A stretch of 64,000 bases of DNA from a virus (IMGVR_UViG_3300037067_013225:96001-160000); one strand, 5' to 3'; positions 39,878 through 48,614 are shown, counted from the first letter of the stretch. Notes: generated by a model not told the origin, from the sequence alone. A program made the numbers and translations.

Positions 39878-41052
39878 AAATCGTCATCATAATGCCATCT
39901 TTAAATAGACCAGACTATCATTGTATTATCGAGAAATGTATTCAAGAACAAATATTTGATGGTGAAATTGAATTATTAATCGCTGAAGAAAAATGGTCTT
40001 TGGATGATCACGGCTCTAGAGTCAAAAATGCTAAATATATCGAGTTGAATTGTGACAATGATAGAATATTATCTTTGCATGAGAAATATAATGCGTTAAA
40101 TAAAGCTGCTATCGAGAGTGGTGCAGATTATATCATTCAGATGGATTCCGATAATTATTTTGGTCCAAACTATATCCGAAAAGCTATAAATATCTTGCAG
40201 CAATCGAAAAAAGATTTCCTCTGTCACGATAGTTATTATTTATACGACATGATTAATGATAATTGTGGATTTTGTAACACAGAAGTATTAAACTGGACGG
40301 GACATTTTTGTTACACACCATATATCGTGAATATTCTCATTAATGCACAAATAGATAATAAATCGCATCTAGATCGACACCTAAATTATGACAAAACAAT
40401 ATTCGGCCTGGTGCTGGAATTTGCCGGAATGAAACGTATGACATCCACGGACGATCTTAACAAAGATTGGCTCCAGATACGTCACGGTGCAAACGGAACA
40501 GTCCAACCATATATAACATGGGGTGTTGATGATATCGTTTTATCGGATATCGTTTGCGATAAAGATATTTTAGATTTTTATCATGCGCATAATCAGACTA
40601 AAATAACTAATCAGATTTTAATTGCGCCATGGTCCAATGCACTTCCCGATGGACGGACAAATGCAAAAAATTACCCGTATTGGAGGGAACTTGTTGCTCT
40701 ACTAAAGCCGCATTACCATGTCACTCAGATTGGTCGTATGGGTGAGAAGGAATTATGCTCAGATGTGAGATTTTACTACGATATAAGACAGATTGCTGAT
40801 TTGTTACGCCAAGCCGATACTTTTATTTCCGTGGATAGTTTTCTACCACATTTGGCGCACAAAATTGGTAAATCTGGGATTGTTTTGTTTGGTCAATCCG
40901 ATCCAAACATATTCGGCTATGATGAAAATATCAATCTGCTAAAGGATCGTAACTATTTACGTCCGAATCAGTTTGAAATATGGGATAATTGTGAATATAA
41001 TAGGGAAGCTTTTGTAGAGCCGGAAGCGGTTTTACGCGCTTTAGGAGTATAG
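39874..41052 (+). CDS. GT2-like domain fused to a GT9 (heptosyltransferase-like) C-terminal domain
   Basis: IIQMDSDNY (DxD); AKNYPYW...QIG...ADTFISVDSFLPHLAH...GIVLFGQSDP. Confidence 0.75.
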   Translation: MKIVIIMPSLNRPDYHCIIEKCIQEQIFDGEIELLIAEEKWSLDDHGSRVKNAKYIELNCDNDRILSLHEKYNALNKAAIESGADYIIQMDSDNYFGPNYIRKAINILQQSKKDFLCHDSYYLYDMINDNCGFCNTEVLNWTGHFCYTPYIVNILINAQIDNKSHLDRHLNYDKTIFGLVLEFAGMKRMTSTDDLNKDWLQIRHGANGTVQPYITWGVDDIVLSDIVCDKDILDFYHAHNQTKITNQILIAPWSNALPDGRTNAKNYPYWRELVALLKPHYHVTQIGRMGEKELCSDVRFYYDIRQIADLLRQADTFISVDSFLPHLAHKIGKSGIVLFGQSDPNIFGYDENINLLKDRNYLRPNQFEIWDNCEYNREAFVEPEAVLRALGV

Positions 41053-41053
41053 A

Positions 41054-41293
41054 ATGATACAAATGGACGACTATATTGTGGATTTAAAGACACGTATTGG
41101 TACCATGTTTGAGAAATTTCAAGAGGTAGCGGCTCTACTAGATGATACGAATCGCGAAATAAAAAGACTCACATCATATAGGACAGATATATCGCATGAA
41201 ATTGAGAAATTACGATCCGCCATCATGTCCAAAGCGGAAGAATATGAGGCTATAACTGGTGAAGAGTACCAATTTAATACCGAAAAAGAATAA
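41054..41293 (+). CDS. Small coiled-coil protein
   Basis: Heptad pattern; AGGAG RBS. Confidence 0.6.
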   Translation: MIQMDDYIVDLKTRIGTMFEKFQEVAALLDDTNREIKRLTSYRTDISHEIEKLRSAIMSKAEEYEAITGEEYQFNTEKE

Positions 41294-41294
41294 T

Positions 41295-41307
41295 AGGGTA
41301 AGATAAT
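41295..41307 (+). promoter_or_regulatory. Candidate phage late-promoter element AGGGTAAGATAAT
   Basis: Identical to 17480-17492; intergenic, 26 nt before ATG 41334. Confidence 0.5.
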
Positions 41308-41333
41308 AGTGATCTATTTTATAGAGGAATAAT

Positions 41334-42314
41334 ATGGCATATAGCAATGCGACAATTTCGAATGCCGATCTTTTCAACGGTGGCACTTCGTTAAATTCAT
41401 TATTGACTGCTGCGGGCTGGACATGTTCAAGTAGCGCTACATCCTTTACTGCAAGCAAGGGTTTGATTTATGCGCAATTTGTTAGAACTGCCGTAGATGT
41501 TCCGACATTTAAGGTATATTTGTCTGATAATGGTGGTACAAGTTATTCCGATTATCAGACATTACGATTTGCACCGGATGGTACATATACGGGGAATCTA
41601 GATGTGCATTTCTTTGCGGATACTTCACCGGAGACCATCAAGATTGTAATTGGTGGTGTGTCGGGTGGATTATACTACTATAACATTATTTATTTGGGTT
41701 ATATTGCTCGATTCGATAGCACGGACGTCAATGCCTACGGGCTATATGTGAGCGGTGCTCCCGAAGCGCGTGGTGTCAATTATCCCCATGAAGGGATATC
41801 TTTGAGCACATTGGAGACGATGTTATTGCGGTCTGTACAACCTATTACAGCCGTTACAGGTAACATGCCGTTTAAATTCATGGATATGGATACCGTTGTC
41901 GAAATGGTTAATAGCGACTATAATTCGCGTGGAACGAAGAACAACCTTCTTACCGGCAGTGTCGATTTTGACGGCAATAGTATGAGGGATCTCTGGGAAG
42001 AGTCTAAATATCTAGGTCGTCGTATGGGGCAAGTCGGCGTTTATAAAGAATACATCGGTAATAATGGACGCGGATTGCGCGGAACATTGCGCGGATTGTA
42101 TGCGGTACAACAGTTCTGGACGCTAGATAATGCGGGAAATAAAATCCCACACAAGATTGGCAAGCAGGCACTTGCTGCTACGGTTTTGACAAGCACTCGT
42201 GGCGAAAAACGTTTTGATGGCGAAACAGATTGGTTGGTTTTCCCCCTATATAATTCAGTAAAAGACTACTATATTTATAATGGATTGCACGTTATCGCAC
42301 TTCCCAAGGTATAA
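41334..42314 (+). CDS. Putative virion structural protein (326 aa)
   Basis: LTAAGWT start and GLRGTLRGLY near the end resemble phage virion proteins; GAGG RBS. Confidence 0.5.
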   Translation: MAYSNATISNADLFNGGTSLNSLLTAAGWTCSSSATSFTASKGLIYAQFVRTAVDVPTFKVYLSDNGGTSYSDYQTLRFAPDGTYTGNLDVHFFADTSPETIKIVIGGVSGGLYYYNIIYLGYIARFDSTDVNAYGLYVSGAPEARGVNYPHEGISLSTLETMLLRSVQPITAVTGNMPFKFMDMDTVVEMVNSDYNSRGTKNNLLTGSVDFDGNSMRDLWEESKYLGRRMGQVGVYKEYIGNNGRGLRGTLRGLYAVQQFWTLDNAGNKIPHKIGKQALAATVLTSTRGEKRFDGETDWLVFPLYNSVKDYYIYNGLHVIALPKV

Positions 42315-42323
42315 GGAACATAA

Positions 42324-43853
42324 ATGCTGACGAAAAAAGAACGCGAAAAGATGGATTTAGATAATTTTGCACAGAAATGCGCATCAAGTATCAAGAATGC
42401 CTCTCCGACAGCCCTAGTTCTTAATCCTCCCAACGAATGGAGCGAGAATCAACTTGAGGAAGCTTTTGTTAAATCGGTAGAAGCCGTAGCTTATCTTTGC
42501 GATCAGATAGACGATAACGATATCGAGAGATTTGTTAGAGCCGGGGACGGTTCTTTTAAGAAGGCCACTCAGGGTATTTTGCGAGACCACAGTTTTGATC
42601 CTAAACTTCGTAGGCAAAATTGCGCCGTTCTGTTACGCAAAAGTGTCTGTACGGGTGATCTGACAGCGCATGAAAAGCATCTTGTAGTTGCGCTAAACAA
42701 TCAGATTCAGGAAATTCTTTCGAATCAGGGTAATCGTGTTAGTACGCGGTTCGTAGATAAAATCGCTGATTACTTTTCTAAAGGTCAAGGCTCTACAAAA
42801 AATATTAAAACCGAAGTTAATAAAGAAATTATGTTCCAAGCTATGGAGAATCTCGTCCATTCTCCACAAGGCAAACTCCTAGACTATATCAAGGCACCAT
42901 TTCAATACAATCTAGATACAGATAAATGGGATTTCGAAGATGAAATGCCGGATGATCTAAGAACTGATGAATCGGATGAAATTACCACATCTGCACCGCC
43001 ATCAGTTTTGGCATCCACAGCGCCATCTCAGCGTGGGATGTCAGGCAATATTCCGAAACAGGGAAACGATATCGATTTAATTTTAAACGCATTAAATCCG
43101 CAAAAATCAGCTTACGGTGATAACACGCAGATTAGTTTAAATCGGCGTGTCATTGCGGGTGATGGTGATTCGGATGTTATGGGGATTCATGGCGGAGACG
43201 GATCTAATTTAGCGCAGATTGCGTTAGGATCTGTGGGAAAGTTTGTTGGTGTCCAAAGTCATCCGCAGCATTTTACGCATGTAGAAAATACCAGAAGTCC
43301 ACATAAGAATGTCGTAGAATCAAGCGATTTCTTCCGCACACGCGCCCATCAGGCTAACGAAATGAATAGTGCGACAGTTCCGGAAGGAATGACAAAATTC
43401 CATAGAGATGCAAATCCGTCTGGTCGTAGAAACTACTATCCTACGGAATCTTTGGCTGCTGGCGATGGTCGCAATGACATTGTTGGTGCTGATGGAAGTT
43501 CTCGCGCATCTGGAACCATCAATGGTGACGAAGTTACAAATGGCGTTCTGAAGGCGGTTGAAGGATTTTTGGGCAGATCTGCCGATTCGACGATGAATCA
43601 GATGGAATCAAACATTCCCTCGCCAATACAGTCCGGTGTGCAACAGTTGGCCGGTGCTGCTGATACAGCATCGTTAGCTTCTCCAATGGGTCGCGCTGGA
43701 CAAACCATTGGTGCAATGATTCCGCAACCCGCGATAGATGCCGCTACAAAACCACTAGCAGGCATTGCGGATAATTTGGCATCTCGCGCTCTAAAAACTA
43801 TAGGTAATTTGGGCGATCAAAGCACAAATTTTATCCAGCCCGGTCTGGAATAG
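42324..43853 (+). CDS. Hypothetical late protein (509 aa), possibly an internal head protein
   Basis: Helical N-terminus with a low-complexity middle; AAGGA RBS. Confidence 0.55.
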   Translation: MLTKKEREKMDLDNFAQKCASSIKNASPTALVLNPPNEWSENQLEEAFVKSVEAVAYLCDQIDDNDIERFVRAGDGSFKKATQGILRDHSFDPKLRRQNCAVLLRKSVCTGDLTAHEKHLVVALNNQIQEILSNQGNRVSTRFVDKIADYFSKGQGSTKNIKTEVNKEIMFQAMENLVHSPQGKLLDYIKAPFQYNLDTDKWDFEDEMPDDLRTDESDEITTSAPPSVLASTAPSQRGMSGNIPKQGNDIDLILNALNPQKSAYGDNTQISLNRRVIAGDGDSDVMGIHGGDGSNLAQIALGSVGKFVGVQSHPQHFTHVENTRSPHKNVVESSDFFRTRAHQANEMNSATVPEGMTKFHRDANPSGRRNYYPTESLAAGDGRNDIVGADGSSRASGTINGDEVTNGVLKAVEGFLGRSADSTMNQMESNIPSPIQSGVQQLAGAADTASLASPMGRAGQTIGAMIPQPAIDAATKPLAGIADNLASRALKTIGNLGDQSTNFIQPGLE

Positions 43854-44722
43854 CTAACCAGGCTGGGTTTAATAAAGCAAATATAAAACACCCTCTGGTT
43901 GGTGCCGTAACACAGTTTTTATCCGAACATTCCAGTGTCCCGGAAGGACAAAAACGTTTATGGGCGCATTATTTATCGAATCCACAACATAGGGTGGATT
44001 TTAAAACACAACCGCGAGAGATTAATAAAAATGATAAAGCGTTACTAGATTATATTTTATTGGGTGGAAAAGCGGTTCGAAGCGGAAATTTATCTTATGG
44101 GCAGGGTGTCGATCCTCACAAAGTGACATCATCTGCCGTGGGTGAGATATCTGCGGAAGACGTAGGATACGATCCTCACACTACGATACAAAAACGTCTA
44201 GGCAAAAAGCCGCTTCCAGCATCAGTGAATCCAGTTCTATTGGGTGCGTCTGCCGATACAGTAGCCAATAGAGGCCAAGGCGACTGGTACAGTGTGGAAG
44301 CTAGCCCTGAACGCGCTCATGGCTTTACGTTGGTGGTAGGGCCACAAACAGGTGATGAGCAGACAATGCGGTCTAGGTTACACTACACACCCACAGCTAG
44401 CGGAGAACGCCAGCTAAATTTGGGCCAACCTCCCGTACCGCATAAATGGCTTGAAGATCCCACATTACGATCCATCGCTGAGAAATTTATCTCTTTGTCT
44501 GGTAGTGGTGTCGGTGGAAAAGAATATAAATTATCCGGTACGCATCAAGGTAACGAATTTAAGCTATTCGATCCGCGTACAGGAATGTCTATCCGATATG
44601 ATAAACGTACCGGCGGTGTAAATAGTCGATTTAGTGGCGGTATTCCTACAGGTAAGCAAAATCCCCTATATGTGGATATGTCAACTCATGCGATACCAGT
44701 TCAGGATTTCATAAATAGCTAA
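43832..44722 (+). CDS. Probable -1 frameshift extension of 42324..43853 (includes track ORF 43994..44722)
   Basis: The frame is open from about 43808; in-frame A_AAT_TTT at 43826-43832 is followed by a hairpin. Confidence 0.55.
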   Translation, partial: YPARSGIANQAGFNKANIKHPLVGAVTQFLSEHSSVPEGQKRLWAHYLSNPQHRVDFKTQPREINKNDKALLDYILLGGKAVRSGNLSYGQGVDPHKVTSSAVGEISAEDVGYDPHTTIQKRLGKKPLPASVNPVLLGASADTVANRGQGDWYSVEASPERAHGFTLVVGPQTGDEQTMRSRLHYTPTASGERQLNLGQPPVPHKWLEDPTLRSIAEKFISLSGSGVGGKEYKLSGTHQGNEFKLFDPRTGMSIRYDKRTGGVNSRFSGGIPTGKQNPLYVDMSTHAIPVQDFINS

Positions 44723-44740
44723 TTCCACATCCTCTCTCCG

Positions 44741-44767
44741 ATGGCGGCGAAAGCCGCCATTTTATTT
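44741..44767 (+). terminator. Intrinsic terminator at the convergence of the late and early regions
   Basis: ATGGCGGC-GAAA-GCCGCCAT followed by TTTATTT. Confidence 0.85.
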
Positions 44768-45718
44768 AACTATAAATCCCTTTTTCATTTTGATATCGTT
44801 GCAGAAGAAATCCCATACATGTCTGACACGATCCATATTGGTGAAATCGATATTTGCTAGCTGCCTATTTATACATAAATCATATAATAGAGCCGAAGCA
44901 TTTTGTTTACTGAAACGAAGGTTGGAAAATGTTTTGTCGGTAATTTTATCTTGTTCGATTGTCACATTCTTCCCGCTAAAAACACCGCGACCCAGGCTTA
45001 TGATGGGTGTTGAATGAGCCAAGGCTTCAAAAATATATGAGCTATTTATAGACACCAAGGCTCTACTAGATTTTAATAATTGATGGTTCAACTGCCAATT
45101 ATCCATATCATTCTCTATACGATCAATGTAATGTATTCTGTTATGCTGATATAACCGATGCCCATGATGAGATTTAGGGTGTTGTTTTACCACCAAGGTA
45201 TAATCTGAGGGCATATATTGTACCAGATCTCTCAAAATACGTTCAAAATTCTGCGCATAGGCCGGTGCATCATATTTGATTACTGAATCAGCTAGATGTT
45301 GAATCGGAAATAGAATGAATGGCCCAGATACGGGTAATTGAGTAGGTGTTTCTTTATTCCAGTAATGTTGATCTAAATACTCGTCAAGTTGTTGTTTTTG
45401 CTCGTTCGTAATGGGGGTTGAGGTGGTTTGTGCGGCACTGGAAGATGCGCCGTGACCCAGGCTATCTAGTTGAGTGGAACTGTAATGGGGTAAAAATCCG
45501 CATTCTAGATAAGCTAAGTTGGGAAAAGTCGGATGAGCGTTATGGTATATTTTTCGATATGGCCCAGCCCAGATTAGAAACAAATTATCTGGTTGTTGTT
45601 CTATGCGTCGCGGGAAGGTTAAAAGAGACTCTTGAGTTAATTTTGTCTGATAACCCAGTGCGTTTAGAAAAACTGCCACATTCGCGGCAGCTTTATTACG
45701 ACTATAGATTACGATCAT
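44762..45718 (-). CDS. KpsS/LipB-like capsule biosynthesis glycosyltransferase
   Basis: YLECGFLP, FILFPIQHLADSVI, LVVKQHP, ALVSINSSYIFEALAHSTPIISLG. Confidence 0.75.
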   Translation of the reverse strand: MIVIYSRNKAAANVAVFLNALGYQTKLTQESLLTFPRRIEQQPDNLFLIWAGPYRKIYHNAHPTFPNLAYLECGFLPHYSSTQLDSLGHGASSSAAQTTSTPITNEQKQQLDEYLDQHYWNKETPTQLPVSGPFILFPIQHLADSVIKYDAPAYAQNFERILRDLVQYMPSDYTLVVKQHPKSHHGHRLYQHNRIHYIDRIENDMDNWQLNHQLLKSSRALVSINSSYIFEALAHSTPIISLGRGVFSGKNVTIEQDKITDKTFSNLRFSKQNASALLYDLCINRQLANIDFTNMDRVRHVWDFFCNDIKMKKGFIVK

Positions 45719-46082
45719 TATTTAGCCTTATGATCATATTTTTGATTTCTTCTAGTGTGGGATTTTCGACAAGTTTTTCATCTTTCACTTCTTGTCCTAC
45801 CCAATGACTATAGCGCATATAAGAGTAATCAGGTGCAAGATGGACAATTATTGCGTTTTCATCACATTTCCATCCTTGCCATGTGGGCGGTTTGTTTAGA
45901 ACCTTGATATAAAACCTAATGGTGATGTGTTGGTCTATTTCCCACGTACAAGAGTAATTTGGCAATGGGATTAGAGATTCTAGCTGGCATAAAAAATTAA
46001 TCGTTTGCATAGCAGTAGCATCGCTTATTGGTGGTGCTGATGGATCACTGATTTCCCAGCGTATTTTGTCAAGGTCTTTCAT
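45702..46082 (-). CDS. Hypothetical protein
   Basis: Coupled ORF with a GGAG RBS. Confidence 0.55.
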   Translation of the reverse strand: MKDLDKIRWEISDPSAPPISDATAMQTINFLCQLESLIPLPNYSCTWEIDQHITIRFYIKVLNKPPTWQGWKCDENAIIVHLAPDYSYMRYSHWVGQEVKDEKLVENPTLEEIKNMIIRLNNDRNL

Positions 46083-46384
46083 ACCGTGATTCTCTCCATA
46101 AGTTTGTCTCGTAATTCTTGAGCATCTTGAGATAGCGGGGATTTGCTCAAAACATACGCAGAATATAAGTAGAGTAATTGTTCATCGATTGCTTGAAGAA
46201 GCTCATCTCTTGAATACGTATATACGCAGAAATTGAAATCTTCATAATCCGCAATCCATAAATCGTGTTCATTCGGAACGATTGATGGGATGATCGATGG
46301 TTGCAGAAACAGGGGAGGATCGATATGTAGAGTCAGATCCTCCCCAATCACATCCGTAACAACTATTGGTGATAAATCGTTCAT
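46079..46384 (-). CDS. Hypothetical protein
   Basis: ATGA-coupled ORF. Confidence 0.55.
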   Translation of the reverse strand: MNDLSPIVVTDVIGEDLTLHIDPPLFLQPSIIPSIVPNEHDLWIADYEDFNFCVYTYSRDELLQAIDEQLLYLYSAYVLSKSPLSQDAQELRDKLMERITV

Positions 46385-46881
46385 TGCATTCTATCCTGTA
46401 ATTCGGCTTTCATGAGGGATTGTGTAACGGAGGACGCTTTAGAAACGATAAAGAATAAGTTGCGTAGATAATTCTTTATAGAGCGAAGATGTGCAGTTTT
46501 AGCTTCCGTGTCGATTTCTGCACGTTTTGTTTCTCCATGCTTGATGGAAATCGGATAGGCTTGGGCATAAAGACGAGAATATTCTGCCGAAAAATACACA
46601 TATAGTGAATTTAGCGCCTGCATGTACGAAATTAGCACTCGCGCCTTCTCTTCGGCACCGCCAGCAACCAAAATCTGCATCTTGTCAAGCTCGTCAATCG
46701 TTGCTAAGACGACCTCTGGGCATTCATAGCCTCCGGCCTTAAATATGCACTGAGCAGCCCGTGTAGAGACCTCACCGGCACCTCCACTCGCCAGTTCAGA
46801 CCAAACGGAACCGAATTCGTCTGGTTGAATGTTTCCCTCTTCTAGAACTTCCTCAAATACTTCGCTTTCACTGATTGGCAT
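46381..46881 (-). CDS. Hypothetical helical protein
   Basis: GGAG RBS; acidic N-terminus and coiled-coil C-terminus. Confidence 0.6.
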   Translation of the reverse strand: MPISESEVFEEVLEEGNIQPDEFGSVWSELASGGAGEVSTRAAQCIFKAGGYECPEVVLATIDELDKMQILVAGGAEEKARVLISYMQALNSLYVYFSAEYSRLYAQAYPISIKHGETKRAEIDTEAKTAHLRSIKNYLRNLFFIVSKASSVTQSLMKAELQDRMQ

Positions 46882-46923
46882 TTTTATTTCTCCAAATTAT
46901 TACATTGATTTGCTTGAGTTTTG

Positions 46924-47079
46924 TCATAGTTTATTCACGCAATGGATATCTTTAAAATAATCCTGACAAACGTGATCCGTTTCATTTATCGTTTCCGCCA
47001 ACTCTCTCGCGCCGCATTCGATATCTTGATCTGTTAGAGTATCGATTCTGGTATCTACTTTGGCCCAATCTATATTCAT
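46924..47079 (-). CDS. Small ORF not in the track (51 aa, MNIDWAKVDTRIDTLTDQDIECGARELAETINETDHVCQDYFKDIHCVNKL)
   Basis: Translated by hand; GGAGAG RBS; fills the gap between genes. Confidence 0.6.
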   Translation of the reverse strand: MNIDWAKVDTRIDTLTDQDIECGARELAETINETDHVCQDYFKDIHCVNKL

Positions 47080-47097
47080 ATTCTCTCCATAAAAATA

Positions 47098-47125
47098 GGG
47101 CAGTTTTGCGACATTACCCAGGTCG
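47098..47125 (-). promoter_or_regulatory. Compact H-type RNA pseudoknot upstream of an RBS
   Basis: Minus strand CGAC-CUGGGUAAU-GUCG-CAAAAC-UGCCC: stems CGAC/GUCG and GGGUA/UGCCC. Confidence 0.5.
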
Positions 47126-47140
47126 GACCAGCAGCCAAAA

Positions 47141-47539
47141 CTATTCTACCCCTTTTACGGCCCAATCACGCACATAGTCTTGAATATCTTCTAGCTCCTT
47201 TTGCGCTTCTGGGGTGGTTGTGAAACAATAAAATCCTCCGACGAATTGGATGGAGTGACAATTCGCAATGAGTCCAGCCATAGATTTATTAAATGCATTA
47301 ATCAAATCTTCATTACCAGACCAACCACCAGTTGCAAACACATATATGCCTGGACGTGGATGCAAGGCCCAATCATCCATGCGCCATGCTTCCTGAATTA
47401 ACGCTAGCATTCCTTCTACATCCCTTCCATCGTAATTTTCGATGGATTGTAGAAATTCCTCGCTAGGATATCCCTCCTTATCAAAACTTGGCTCAGGTAG
47501 ATTCATTTTCGATCCTTGTATTTTCTGTATACCTTCCAT
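47141..47539 (-). CDS. Hypothetical phage protein
   Basis: DKEGYP...ATGGWSGNEDLI; the real start is probably the internal MNLPE. Confidence 0.6.
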   Translation of the reverse strand: MEGIQKIQGSKMNLPEPSFDKEGYPSEEFLQSIENYDGRDVEGMLALIQEAWRMDDWALHPRPGIYVFATGGWSGNEDLINAFNKSMAGLIANCHSIQFVGGFYCFTTTPEAQKELEDIQDYVRDWAVKGVE

Positions 47540-47991
47540 GCTGTACTACGTACTGTCCAGGGAGAGATAGCCATGTATAGAGATTTCCCCTTTTTCAGCG
47601 ATCCCTCAACCATAATTTTTGCCCAACGAATCTGATCTGCTGGATCATCCCAATCTAATCCGGAATCGATCATGGGTTGTTTATGACATCGTTTCATAAG
47701 CTGCATCAATCCATAACAACCTGTCTTTTTATTCACCGCACCGATATCGTATTTGCCGCCTGTTTCAAATCCCGCTATAGCGGCAAACAGTTCAGATAAT
47801 TCCGATCCATTTTCATCTGCTGCTAAAAATATTGTTTCCAAATTATTCAATTCAGTTTCACTAAATCCGCTACCGCCTTTTTGCTTGTTTATATCCGTGA
47901 TAATATTTTTTATATCGTTTGCGTGAGCTTGGGCGATTATAATCGCCCAACATAACGGGATTGTAATGATAGCTTTGATGATCGATTTCAT
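47503..47991 (-). CDS. Lytic transglycosylase (SLT/lysozyme-like) with an N-terminal signal peptide
   Basis: AAIAGFETGG (catalytic Glu) and GCYGLMQL; N-terminus MKSIIKAIITIPLCWAIIIAQAHA ends in an AxA-like cleavage site. Confidence 0.75.
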   Translation of the reverse strand: MKSIIKAIITIPLCWAIIIAQAHANDIKNIITDINKQKGGSGFSETELNNLETIFLAADENGSELSELFAAIAGFETGGKYDIGAVNKKTGCYGLMQLMKRCHKQPMIDSGLDWDDPADQIRWAKIMVEGSLKKGKSLYMAISPWTVRSTAWKVYRKYKDRK

Positions 47992-47996
47992 TTATT

Positions 47997-48275
47997 TTAT
48001 CCCTTGTCCGTATTTACACTATACACCGAAATATCTTCCGTGCCATTACGAGCCACAAGTTTATCAACCATATTGGTGGCGCTTTCCATATCATTAAAAA
48101 ACAAAGCGCCTTCCATTATATAAGACCACAACCTGCATTTCTTTCCGGTAAAATAATATATACTTCGTCCGGGTGAAGAAGTTGATGATGGATCGTATAT
48201 GATGATGTAGTATCGGTCTATCGGTTCTTGGGTAAATGCAGCTACATCCAGTGTTTTCATAACTTTATATTCCAT
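47997..48275 (-). CDS. Hypothetical protein
   Basis: GGAG RBS; fits the operon. Confidence 0.55.
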   Translation of the reverse strand: MEYKVMKTLDVAAFTQEPIDRYYIIIYDPSSTSSPGRSIYYFTGKKCRLWSYIMEGALFFNDMESATNMVDKLVARNGTEDISVYSVNTDKG

Positions 48276-48284
48276 TTGTTTCTC

Positions 48285-48614
48285 CTAGTCTACAATACGG
48301 AAACTGTTTATGAATTCGGCATTAAAATTTGTTAGAGCCTTGCCTGCGGCATCCGTGACATAATATTTGAAGATGATCCCACTTTCGGAATCAATCGGTT
48401 TCAAAAAGAAATAATACAGATTATCATCGGGAATGTTGGAAATATTTTTGCCGAATTTAACAAGATTCATATACAATGCAGAGAGGCTTTTTAATGCATC
48501 ACCTGTCATGCAAAACTTATAAGTATCGTAGGTGTCCACACCTGGCTCTACTACTTCATCATTCAAGCAGTGGAAGTTTAATCCTCTAATATCAGTGACT
48601 ATCAACGATATCAT
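48285..48614 (-). CDS. Hypothetical protein
   Basis: Coupled ORF. Confidence 0.55.
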   Translation of the reverse strand: MISLIVTDIRGLNFHCLNDEVVEPGVDTYDTYKFCMTGDALKSLSALYMNLVKFGKNISNIPDDNLYYFFLKPIDSESGIIFKYYVTDAAGKALTNFNAEFINSFRIVD

